From: Balanoglossus misakiensis
Lineage: Eukaryota > Animalia > Hemichordata
Direction of reading: 5' to 3'
Length of the DNA stretch: 64,000 nt
Assembly: GCA_040954595.2 (NCBI GenBank)
Contig: CM082587.2
Coordinates: 4,172,093-4,236,092, forward strand
Shown here: piece after piece, positions 1 through 12,121 of the stretch
Layout of the letters: every line of letters starts with the position of its first letter
How positions within the stretch are numbered: the first letter of the stretch is position 1
The notes under the pieces: generated by a model
Seen by the model: only the letters and a program-made list of their open reading frames with translations
Told to the model about the DNA's origin: nothing
Database searches by the model: none
Translations under genes and position numbers: made by a program

Positions 1-3000
1 CAGCAAATTGTTAGGCAGGAAATGTTTTTCTCTTTCAATCATCGATTTCTAGTTCTGGCTTTGTTAAAAATACCCCCCAAGGGGGCCTTATATACTGAGG
101 TTATTGTAGTGCATCATCATGTATTGGAATGATATGTGTCTGTTTTCAACATTCTCCTGATGACAACCAGAGAATGAAAGCTCTGGTAATTTTTATCTTG
201 AATTAAAGTTTCACTGTCTTTTGGTCATCACAAAAAAAGACTTCATAAAATAATGTGGGCGTGAACTTTTTGCAGTTGTCTGGGAGAAAAGATTTCGATT
301 AATTTATTTATAGTAGCATGCAAATCAGTACGTTCAATAACAACACGTTATTTCGATGACATTTGAAGTTTCTGTCCTGAGTAACATTTTTGATAGATTT
401 CTCTTAGCTGTATCATAGAAACTTAAAATTTATGTGTGTCACATGTGTCTCGAAAGTTTTTCAGAGAAATGTTGATTCACAACTTCCTTAATCTAACACC
501 ACTTCAGAAAACAATCAATTAAACGTCATAATTCAGTAATTTTCAATTTTTCTGCTTGAGAGAATTTATTTTACTCAGCAACTGCTGTATGTACGTTTTA
601 GGAAATATTAGCATCTTTTAAGTTAATGTAAAACTTTGAAATTATTTTGGCTTGACTTTTGTAGTTTGGGGTACCTTAAGGTTGAATTTTTTGTCTCGCA
701 TGTACATTTTCTGCAAAATTTATTTTCTGATTCTTAAATTCATTTACAGCTCTGTATTTTTTCTTTTCTTTTATCAGGGAGGTAAGGCATTTTTTAAAAC
801 TTAATTTCTATGTTTTTGTGATTTTTTTCTAGTATTTCCTTTCATGGTATAGGATAGTGATGCTAATGTTAAGAAACATGTAAATGTAATATACTGTAGA
901 AACTAAGGTTTGAAGCGAATGGTTAATGCATAGGGATTTACCTGATGAACACAGCTGCATGTTCCAAGCATGTGCTCCAATCATGTAGTTACAGATGTTT
1001 TGTGGATAAATGAATTTACCAGAGACAAGCATTAACCTTGAATCATTTTCCAGTAGGATTTTTTTAGGTGAAATTCTGTCAATAGCAATATGGACAATAT
1101 CATTTTATTGTTAATACACATGAATAGATAATAAAAACCTACGCTATATAAGCTGTCTATCTTGCTGTTAGTTTGTCTATTATTTATCCTTGGATAGCCT
1201 GGATGAGCATCAGATTCAGATTTGTGTTCAATTCCCTGATCACTGCTACACAAATTATAACATCAGCTGCATCAGGTCTGACTGCTTTTTAAGATCTCCC
1301 AAGTTCATGAACTATTCCTAGATGAATGTGGATTTAATCATTAGTCCGTTGAGGGCGCTTTGGGTCCCTGAGTGATGGAGTTTGCAGTGCCAATTTGCTG
1401 GGCTGAACTTTTCAGTCTAACATCATGCCACAGAAAAATGGTACACGTTGTGCTTTGGAATCAGGTGCAACACAGACACCAATGACACTTTTTACATGCA
1501 TAAATTAACGCGAATAAAGACTCGTTTCGTCCTATTCAGTCATAAATCTTATTTTAATAAAACTGCCTGCAAAGTCATCATCATGTCTGTCGTAACAGAA
1601 TTTTGTCAATAAAATGAATTAAAAAAACAAACGAGTCAAAGAAACGAAAATTACATAAACTACACCACCACAATCAGTGTTCTCTCCCGGATATGTTCGA
1701 CGGTTAAAAATTGTACAGCTGTAAATTCTGCCATAACCCACTGGAATAATCATATAGTCACGTATCATGGCAGAGCTATTACCAGTAAAAGGGTAAAAAG
1801 TCATCCTAAATATATTTTCTGCATACAATGCTCAGTGTTGGGTTCTGTTTGACAAGCAACTTTCTCGTTCCATAGGTGATATTAATTGTGACAAATTTAA
1901 CCTCCAAAGATGTGGCTCTTTGCTCAATTTGCGATCAAGTATCAGCCACTTGTGGCACCAAACTGAGTATTGTAGGCCAAGTCAAGCTATCTGCTTAATA
2001 CATGATGTGTACCGGGTACTTGTTGGCGTAATTCAATGCACGACACGTTATAAACTGTAGATGCTTGCTGGAATGGGGAAGGTGCTGGGCTGTAGTACTT
2101 TCCACTGTGCCAATTATTCCTAGCACCAACGGCGCGCGGTGATCAGAGGGTAAAATGCAGCTGTACAAGACAAGAACCATTATTGTAGACACAATCATCC
2201 CACATTCAGTGTTGGATTGCAAAAAAGCAAGGGATACGTTCCCTAATATGCAGAAGTATAATACACCAACTAAAATTGAACTTTTTAAAAATAGTTACAT
2301 ATGTACTGTGTTCTGAACGTCAGTCTTTGGAAGATGTACTAGTATTGCATTATTTCACAGACACAGGGACTAGCCATCACAGTGTTTGAATATGTCATGT
2401 TGGTATGGGCACTGGGATGGTTGGAGAGAAACTCAGGGGTTGGGGGATTACTGTGCACACGAGATACGAGAGGTAAATCTCCAAAATCCACGGCAGTGGT
2501 TGACTTTTGATCTGAAGTGACCACAAATACGAAATGTAAATGTACGACCGACAGGCAACAAAGCACCATAGTGTCACTTCCATTTAGCGGCAGTTGCACA
2601 TCTCCTACGCACGGGGAAAAAGTCGAGGTACGTTTTCGTCGTGTCTGATTCATCGCGCAGAGGAAATTCTTACACTGCCGAATACAACTGGCTGACAAAA
2701 TGCTGCACTTTGCAAGTACTAAGAACGTAAGCCTTGTGGTGGCTGTATGCACACACTCTGCAGCGCTGCAAACCATAGCCTCTTGGCATTCAGAAATTAC
2801 CCACAATGCAGTGCTAAAATGGCAGAGACACTCCATATTGAAATCTTGATTTAGTGGTCATAGTCTGTTAACTATTTTAGCTTGCGACAAAGCCATGCTC
2901 GTGAGTACAGCCCCATCCACTCCGGAAAAACAAACTATTTACATGTATTACAATAAACGAACAGGTAAGGCTTCCTAGGTACATGAAGCTAGAAGAAGAA

Positions 3001-3647
3001 AACTAGCACTATCAGGTTACCCCCCCCCCCCCCCTTTCAGTTGGTTATTTGAAGAAAAATTATTTGATGACAGGGTTGACTTGTTTAAGGTCACTTGGGA
3101 CATACACAGACAACTTAGAATCAATCACAACATTTACGTCAAAAACAAGAAAAACAGTACACTGTAGTGTTTTATGAAAATTAAAAAAAATCAACTGAAT
3201 GTGTGTGTGTGTGAAGATGTATATGCAAGACAGACTAAGAGGAACTTAAAAGTCCACTGTCTGTAACTTTTGTTATTTTCTGTTATTTTTTCAGCATTGT
3301 TTGTTGTGCATCAACCGTGGTTTCTTATTCGGTTCCCTAAGGCATTAATAATGGCGTTGTGTTAATCTTCGCAACATAGCCCACGTGTGCAGAATTAACT
3401 TAGTTTCTGATATAAAAAAAACTGTATCAAAGTCCAGACTTAAATGCATCGTCAACAGTAACAGTGACCAGTACATATACACGACTTGTTGACAAGCAGA
3501 TAACTGGACATGATGGCATACAATAGGGAAGTTTTATACATAAAACAAAAATACCGAGAAAAAAAACAGCCAGAAGTTACAGACGGTGGCCATTTAAGCA
3601 GAATGGCGCGCACACACCCTGAGAGTGAACACTGATAAGACCTCCAC

Positions 3648-5713
3648 CTATAAGAAATACGGCGTAGTGTTACGCGATGGGATGACGCGCTCGTGGTCGG
3701 GAACGGCCCGGAAGAGCTTGGCCTCCTTCGTGTCGACGTCCCGGAATGCTAGAATCGAGGCTATGTTGCCGCACCTGTAGCAGTAGTTGGGTGCCGACCA
3801 GACGGTGACTAGTTTCTCGTCGAACATGTACTTGTAGCCCTCGTGGACCAGCTGGTGAGCCCTGCATATAAGCTTGAGATTGTTGATATTCACAAACTGC
3901 CGTAGGTGCAGAGAAAGAGAGGGAATAAATAAATAAATTAGAGTGAGAAAAGTGAACAGACAAATCACGAACACTGGCACGGAAGAGATCAATGACTGGG
4001 ATCAACTGTCATCCTTTTGTTTCTAGACTTCCTTCTTTTTCACAGATTTGTAATTTTTTGTGCAATGACAACAGGTTATAAGAACATCCAGACCTACCTC
4101 TGCGGTAACCTTTGGCCCAAACAACCAGCCCGCTCCCCTGGGACTGATCGCCCATGTGTCAACGTCTTCCGGATCAGACCACACTAAATCGCAAAACGCT
4201 CCTTTATGCGGGATTTCTTGATTCCTTTCTATCGTCCGGATTTGATCCAGAGTTTTCACGTCCGGAGACAAGCCTCCATGTACGCAGAGAACCTGGCCGT
4301 CTATAATCTGTAGGCGAGGGGGGATTTAAGAAAAAAAAATTCAATTGTCAGGTCCAAATTTGTTGAGTCTGACTGAAATCCCACCATCAGTAGCATCAGT
4401 CTTTTGGGATCATCATAATATGTTGTAGTTAAAACTACAAAAAAATAATTATAAATACTTACAGCTGCAACTGTGAGAAGATCAAACACTTTACAACAGT
4501 ACCGCCACGCATTGGCATTTCCGTATTTGGTTTGGCATTCATCTGAAAATCAGAACACAGGGCATGAGTACAATGCAGGTGGCAGCCATATTGGATTACT
4601 TCGCACAGCACGTGTATGTGCAAACTGTTTTGGTTTGCTCAGAAACCAAAACATGGCAAAACAGGTATGACAAGGATTGGTATAGGACACTCACCGTAAA
4701 AACCATAAACTTGCGTAATCTGCCTGCTTTCGTGGTTACCTCTGAGTAACGTGATCTTGTCGGGCCATTTTGCTTTCAATGTCAACAACCTTGTAAATGT
4801 CTCTAAACTGAAATAGCCTCTGTCTACAAAATCGCCCTGAAAGAGACGGAGATCACATGGTTATCATGTGACAGTGTGTATGTCTAGTTACATGTCTTTG
4901 TGAAATGCACTGCAGTGAACACCTCTATCAATCAGTCTCAATGAGAGTGCACATAAGAATGGTGCGGGTCATCGGCAAGTGAAAGGTATTCAGGCTTTTA
5001 CCAACCACACACTGACAATGACAGTGTATTTATACATTCAACACTCTGTAACCTTCTTGCTGATCATGACGCCTGAGGTGGTACAAAAACAACCAGATTT
5101 TACATGAAACAGTTGGCCTACCCACCATAAAGATATAATTGGTGTCAGGAACTTGTCCTCCAGTTCGGAATAATTCTTCAAGATCATAAAACTGGCCATG
5201 GATGTCCCCACAAACCGTGACCGGCGTTGATACAGGCTGAACATTTGATTCTTCTAGTAATAACTCACAAACATAGTCACATATTTTCTGAAAGTGAAAT
5301 AGGTACATGTATGTAGAAGTGACTATATAAAGCTGAACGTTGCTATGTGCGTCGGTCTTTACCGACGTGGAATGAACTAACATTACACATTTTATGTAAA
5401 ACATATTGTGGGCCGTGGTGTTTAATTCGTGTCCGACTGTCGCAACAGGATGTAAGCACAAGAAATCCCCCCCCCCCCCCCATCACGTCAGTGTACACGA
5501 ACTGCGAGATAGACGCCACCATCTCCGAACCGGTAAACGTGCGTAACAGAACAACCCGTGACATTTGGCTACACTCTCAAACTCTAACGACCGACTTGCA
5601 CGACTAACTATGATGAACCACCCTTTCGTGCTTACCTTCAGGTCATTTTCGGGCAAATACTTGCATTGCAATGAAATTTCTATCCACTTGTCGAGACTAG
5701 ACATTTCCGCCAT
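3648..5713 (-). CDS. PPP6C: Serine/threonine-protein phosphatase 6 catalytic subunit, 6 coding exons, 306 aa
   Basis: Exons (minus) 5713-5636, 5287-5126, 4836-4695, 4542-4463, 4307-4098, 3896-3648; all GT-AG; 921 nt in frame. PPP motifs [34 protein letters not shown]; PP6-type LPENDLK and C-terminal TPYFL. Confidence 0.97.
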
Positions 5714-7264
5714 TTTGAATTGTGTTGTTTAATCTGCGCTTGCGCGCCAGGTCAAAGGTTATAGTAACTTTTCAGTACTTCGTACCAGGTACCGTACCGG
5801 TAGTACTTGTATGATTTATCATCTTACAACTGCAGCTTGATGAAATTTTGCTAGCGTGTATACTAGTGTGTAAAATGGTCTCTTTTATAGCCATTGTTAT
5901 TGTTGGCAAACTGGCAAATGAATTGCGATCCAGACTCGAATTCAATTTCCACCAAGAACTCATTTACAATACCCCAATAGGCCTACAGTACTGACTATTG
6001 TATAGGCTTAAAATAAATGTATAACGGGTATTTTATCATGCTTTAGGATTATTTATATGTAAGATACTGAGGTTTACAAAGTGAAGCATAAAACTGAAAG
6101 GGAGCCAACAGTAAAAGCTAATGGAGCTGTGAATGGCACAAAACAGTGAAGCAAGTTCATTTCGGTTCGGTTCAGTATGAATCAATCGTTCGACAAGAAG
6201 CCACAAGCAGAAGGCCTACCAGGAGCTGGTGCCAGGACCTAAAGTGCCATCAGCCTCGGATGATTAAATGGGACCCAACTTTAGACATGGCCCACTTCAT
6301 ATTCTGGCTGATCGAGGAAGATGGGAGAGCGGTGGATTTTTTAAGCCTTGCTTTCCCCTAGAAAATTTTTATACACCTAAAAGTTAGTTTTCACACCTGC
6401 TGATCTTTTTTTCCACATACATGTACACCATACAAATTCAGGTCAGACGACCGCGTGACACAAACATTGGGGTTCTGACGCTATAAATAAATTATTGCGT
6501 ATACCTAAAGGAATCCAGATATTGTATTACATGTAGTTGACTAATAACCGCGTCCAGCACCACATGATAACTAACCTGTTTTCAAAAGGTGGTTGACATT
6601 TTCACCTCGTCTGATATGGACTTAAAGGTCGCCAGCCAACTGTCAAGGACGTTTGTGATCTAGGTCCGTTGTGCTCCTTGGTATTAAAAGATAATGTGCC
6701 AACGAAGTTAGAAAGTACAGATAATCTCTAAAAGTGAAAGTCGAGTAAAAATGAGTTTTTATAATCGGCTGTTTTTGTCACTTTGGTGTCATTTTGTCCG
6801 CCTGTCTGTTTTTGCATAGAGTGTGAAACTGCTTGATATCGCAATTATCACCTGCCGCTGGCTAGAGTCTTCGACAAAGGTGCGCATATCGCGAACTATG
6901 TCCCAGTTTTGTGACACGTGCGAATCATTTTAGCAGCCGGATGACTTCATTATTGATCCACCTGATTTATATAGTGAAATTAATATGTCCGGGTAAACGA
7001 CTTTATGTTCGTCTCCATAACACGAATAAAACATTACGCCATCGCTTGTCTATGTAACCAAGGGTCATCGGCGGTGACGAATTGTCACGTGTTAGCTGAC
7101 GGCAATATATGAGACCCGTATCACAGGGCCTGGCATCCTGAAAGACATCCGCCTTCCAAACGGATCCTTGCTTTCTCAGGTATTTGATCAATGCGGACAG
7201 CGAATATAGGGTTTACTTTTATCCCTGCAGATCAAGCGAGCTACACCAGCATTTTGGCGTAGGG

Positions 7265-8694
7265 ATGATGTCCACCCAACAGGCAAGCCGCCGACGCTTG
7301 GCCGGATTTTTTAAAACCTTTACTCTGCTAACGTTTATGTTGATAACAGATAATATAAACAAGGTGAGTTTTATTATGTTAAATAACACAGTCTTGTATT
7401 CTAAATACGAATTTCACTGCGCCGTGATCAGGTATCCTAAAAAAATTTATGTTTATCTTGGATTCTCCACCAAGTCCAAAGGGCATGGGTTACTGTCAAA
7501 CACCATCCGTGCCAATTTTCATGTAAATGACACTGGTTTTGAATTTGGCCGATTTCGGCCGATTTCACCTTAATGAACCAATTCGCTTGCTGCACCCAAC
7601 AGCAATAATTAATTCTCTTCACAGACAGCTCAGATTTCTCAGCAAGTATTCATAAGGATTACCAAAGTTGAACTCTCATTGGATTCTTATGGAAGCAGGT
7701 GGCAAATCATATATTTATTTCAGACATCAGGTTGAACGAAACCCTGTTATATATAACGCGAGTTGTGCCATAAAATCTTCCCTGTGCGTTCACGATTTAT
7801 TTCGAACTGTGTAATGCAACTGTTTTCTTTTCTAGGCCGAGTCTCTTGTTACTAGCGATGGCTGCGGCGACACGAAGGGCTGCTTTCAGTACCCGGCGGA
7901 CTGCGATACTTCAACATGTGAGGTGCTGATCACCTGGGAAAGAAACGGCACCACAACCAACTTCGGTCTTTCGGGGAAAATCGACAGCAGCGAGCATTAC
8001 GTGTCTTTTGCCTTTTCGTACGACGATCACATGGTTCGTATTAAAAGTGACATCATCATATCTTACAATTTACCGTGTTCCATGAATCACAGGCACAGAG
8101 ATATCCCAAACTCGCAACTGGACAAAGTTGGCATCTTTTGACACCAGATTTTGTGTCTTGTGACACTTGGTAGATTTTTGCCTTTAACATACATGAACAC
8201 GTCCGAAACCAACTGCGTTTTTTTTTGTTATCCATCTGCTTTTAGGGTGCGGATGACGTGTGGGCATGTCTTGCCTTAAGCAACGGCGACATTGTTTTGG
8301 ACCATTCCAATAACGTTGGCGAGGAGAACAATCAGTTGGATACGGTAAGCCTATGTTTTCACGGCTTGTGGGGATTGGGGTTAATTGACAGTGGTGGTTG
8401 TGGTGGTGACAATGGTGGTGGTGATGGTGATCAAATGATGACCTAATTAATTTAAACACACCTGTTCACCACGAAGTCATTTATAAAAATTAATAATCAT
8501 TTGTCTTCTTTCATAGACTGGGGCTTCGAATTTTGAGTCATCCTCGGTCGACGGCAAGATGGAATGTACATTTACCCGCCTAAACAAGATAGAAGGGATG
8601 GAAAGTACCTTCTTTGATCTCGATGCACAAGCGTATTACCTTTTGGAAGCGAGAGGCCCAAGATCTGGCGGTGAGAAATGTTTTGTCGAATTTG

Positions 8695-8739
<45 letters not shown>

Positions 8740-11226
8740 GACTGACTGACTGACTGACTGACTGTCTCAACATCCCTAATTGTACTCTGAATATCCTCTT
8801 GCATTATTTTCAGTCAAACTGGGCGAACACGCCAGGAGTCCGCTTGCGTCTGATGGTCTCATCGATTTCGCTGACGTCACTATTTCCAGTGGCAGTTCGG
8901 GGGGATCGACTTCGTACAAAGTGCACGGTAGGTGATCATTCAAACCACGTGGCCAAATATTCAGCCAAATTTAAGCGCACATTGTAGTGCGGTTCTCGAA
9001 AAACCAAAGCGGATTTGGTCTATTTTGAGATGATATTGAGATCTGGAAAAAACAACCACGCCTGAAAACTATACTTTACATGTTTTGTCCATAGCAATCT
9101 TTATGCTCATTGGATGGTTAGGATGTGCCAGTGTCGCCATAGTGTTGGCGCGTTATTACAAACCGATGTGGTCAGACAAGACCCATTTCGGCCAGAAAGT
9201 GTGGTTTACGGTACGTGGGTAACTACAAATCTCACGATTTTTTTTTCGAAAATACATGTATGTGTGGATCTATTGTGTGGATCTTTTGTGGATTTCCAAT
9301 GTGGAGACCGAAACACTGATATGAATAATGATTTTTTTTTTCTTATTGTTTCCCCTTTTTTCTCCATAGTGGCATCGGGGTCTCATGGTCGCCAATACAG
9401 TGTGCTTTTGCATCGCCTTCGTGCTTATATTCATTGCTGTCAGTGGTTGGGTGCCCTATGACAGTACCAATGATGTAAGCCTATTCATGTACTAGCTCCA
9501 GTACAGAACGTAATGAGTGAAATATCATGGTTTCAGTGTTAATTGTCCCTGTATTGATATAAATTGGTTTTCTTAAAAATCTGTATGAAATAATTATCCT
9601 TTTCCTGGTCATAACAGACAATATTTGTTCACGCTACTATTGGATGCATCGTCGTAGCACTTGGAATTATCAACCCAATCATGGCTATTTTCCGACCACC
9701 TCCGAAGTCGGATAAGTAAGTGAGACTATCTGTCTCTCTTTCTCTTTTTTCTTTGTGTTTTTATCAGACTAGAGTGATCCTCTCTCTTCTTTCTGAGTGT
9801 GTCGTCATCAGATTGTTATTTGTCGATATTCTTCCACAATCAAGCTATACATTCTTTTTTCTCTATTAATTAACTCAAACTACATCTTTTTCGGCAGTCG
9901 CCCTCTGTTTAACTGGTCGCACTGGGCTATTGGCACATCGTCCTATCTTTTGGCAGGTAGGTACACCATGGAGTATACTTTTTAATCAAAATCAAAACTC
10001 TGCCACGCTGAATGTGGTATCAAGAGTAACATCCCGTTCTCCGCCATTGATTAATCCAGTCACCATCTCTCTCTCTCTCTGCAGTTGTGAACATATTCCT
10101 CGGGATGGACGTCTTCGAGATGCCGGCGTATTCACTTTGGATACTCGCTGCCTGGTTGGGATTTCACTTCCTCTTCGAAATCTTCCTGGAAACGTTAAAC
10201 TGTATGTACGACCAGTCAGGTAGGTGAACATTTGCGGTTATTTTTTTCTCGTTTTGTGACTAATTGGTCCCTTGGTTTGCCGGAAGTTAATTGATTGAAA
10301 GACAGCAATTAAGCTTTGTGCATTTTTTTCAGATGCCTTTACATCATACAAAGTGTACAAGATCTTGAAGGAATCACCCTCGAGTAAGTATCAATGCTTG
10401 ACCTACAAAGACATAAAGGACCCACGAATGTAGTCTGTCAGTCAACTAGCATATCGTGTTATTTTATTGGTGAGTGTTTAGAACACGTTTTGACCGTGCT
10501 TTTGCACATGGTTAAACGACATTGACTTTTAAACACTGGCATGGAGCAAATCGGGTTCAATCTTTGTCAGGGGGCGTCACACTCATCCCAGACTCTGTAG
10601 CCAGACAACAAGCGAATCCGCAATATTTTGAAATATAAAAACAAACTTGATATGTTTTCTACACTTTCAGGTAGTATGCGCAATGAAAAGGACAGAGGTA
10701 GGTACTCTGGCCGTCATATACATATCAAACTGCACGTTTAATTTTTTTTAATCGTTTCTGAAAAAAATATAACATATCCTAGTACCAAAGAGTTTGTCCG
10801 TTTTGCGCGGAGCAGTATAAACTTCGCCCTGACTATCGAACAGTATAATGATACAGTTTTCCATTTTAACATCACAGAACTGTCTCCAGAGATGGAAATT
10901 GGCGACTGTGCAACCGGTCCAACTCCAGCTGATCAGCAACTTGCTGTAAGTCACCTTTAAAACCACCTGTCGATTACAATATACAGCGCCCTCACTGCCA
11001 CTTGCGAGCTATTCGTACGTTTTCCACAGCTACCCTCTCTGTGAAAGAACTTGTACCGTGGCTGTAGAACTGCTTTAAGAAACGTGTTACTATTCTGATT
11101 TTAATTAATGGCAATTGTAATTTGCTTTTTCAGCTGGCCAATGTCAGATTCTATGCGCTGTGTACCTATCTGGTAGTGACTATCGGAATTCTAATTTATC
11201 TGGTGATTGAAGTCATCTTGCAGTAA
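7265..11226 (+). CDS. FRRS1-like putative ferric-chelate reductase (signal peptide, DOMON, cytochrome b561, C-terminal TM); no Reeler domain
   Basis: Exons 7265-7363, 7836-8033, 8246-8344, 8517-8670, 8814-8927, 9095-9210, 9370-9474, 9618-9715, 9898-9956, 10085-10219, 10333-10383, short exon(s) near 10671-10697 (boundaries uncertain), 11134-11226. CGDTKGCFQYPADC pre-DOMON motif; DOMON heme ligands DDHMG and GEH; four b561 histidines (KVHA, WHRG, VHAT, WSHW); ARYYK and FRP motifs. Confidence 0.9.
8695..8766. repeat. Compound tetranucleotide microsatellite (TCTG)n(ACTG)n in an FRRS1-like intron
   Basis: Directly visible. Confidence 0.95.
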
Positions 11227-11358
11227 TGAGTACCAATATTCGAAAGTTTGGGCACATATTGTACGGTCTCGGTATTTAGATACCCAGCAATGTTCAACAG
11301 AAGTTAACAGGAGGATTGTTTTGTTTGTGTTGTGAAAAAAGTATGTCAATTATACAGG

Positions 11359-11364
11359 AATAAA
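11359..11364 (+). other. Candidate polyadenylation signal of the FRRS1-like gene
   Basis: AATAAA ~130 nt after the TAA stop, followed by a GT/T-rich tract near 11408-11440. Confidence 0.5.
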
Positions 11365-12121
11365 AGCTACAAGTACAACAAATTTTCTGTAAACTTATCC
11401 GTTACAAGTTTTGTGTGTTTTTGTACTGATTTTGTTGGCACGTTATTTCTCAATGATTATACAAAGATTACTAGGTGTTTTCAGTATTAATTAAAAGTTA
11501 ATATTTTATATATATTTCAATGCAGAACAATGTATATGTACTCACTGTTTGATGTGCGTGAGGCTAACATTGTTGTTACTACAACGTGGTTGCAAGTCAT
11601 TATAGACTATAGCCATTAGTTGCTTGGCGTTCTTGCGAGGTTAATAATGCAAGAATTGTATATTCTTTTTAATGTCTATGATTAAACTATTCAGTTGCTG
11701 ATCAAGCTAAGTGGTAGAATTTATTTTCCGATGATATGTCAATACATTCAACTATAGCCCATGGCTAACACTTGTAAATATTTCTAGAGATCATTTCAGT
11801 GGTTTTGTATTTTGTCTTGAAATTCTGGCATGAGAATCAAGTTTGAATTTTGTTAACAATATCCGAGGGAAGATCAATGGATTAATATCAGAGTTATTTG
11901 AGTTGCAGCTTCAATGAATACAAATCTAGAAGAGAAATGGCAGTTTGTTTGCTTGTTTGTGTCCAAACGCGCAAGTGTACTCGGGTAATATTTAACTACG
12001 CAAGTCAAGCAGAAGCTACGGCGCGGCAAACCTTCATTTTATGTAAATTTTCTTGGTAATTTTAGCAAATTATTTCGGTGTCGGAAACCTGCAAGGAAGA
12101 TGATATTTCTAGCAACGTTCA

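Noticed and set aside
5702-5810. YY1-like CCGCCATTTT at the PPP6C start, DR1-like AGGTCAAAGGTTA and a GTAC-rich run
   Set aside because: Common housekeeping-promoter features; the YY1 motif overlaps the Kozak context.
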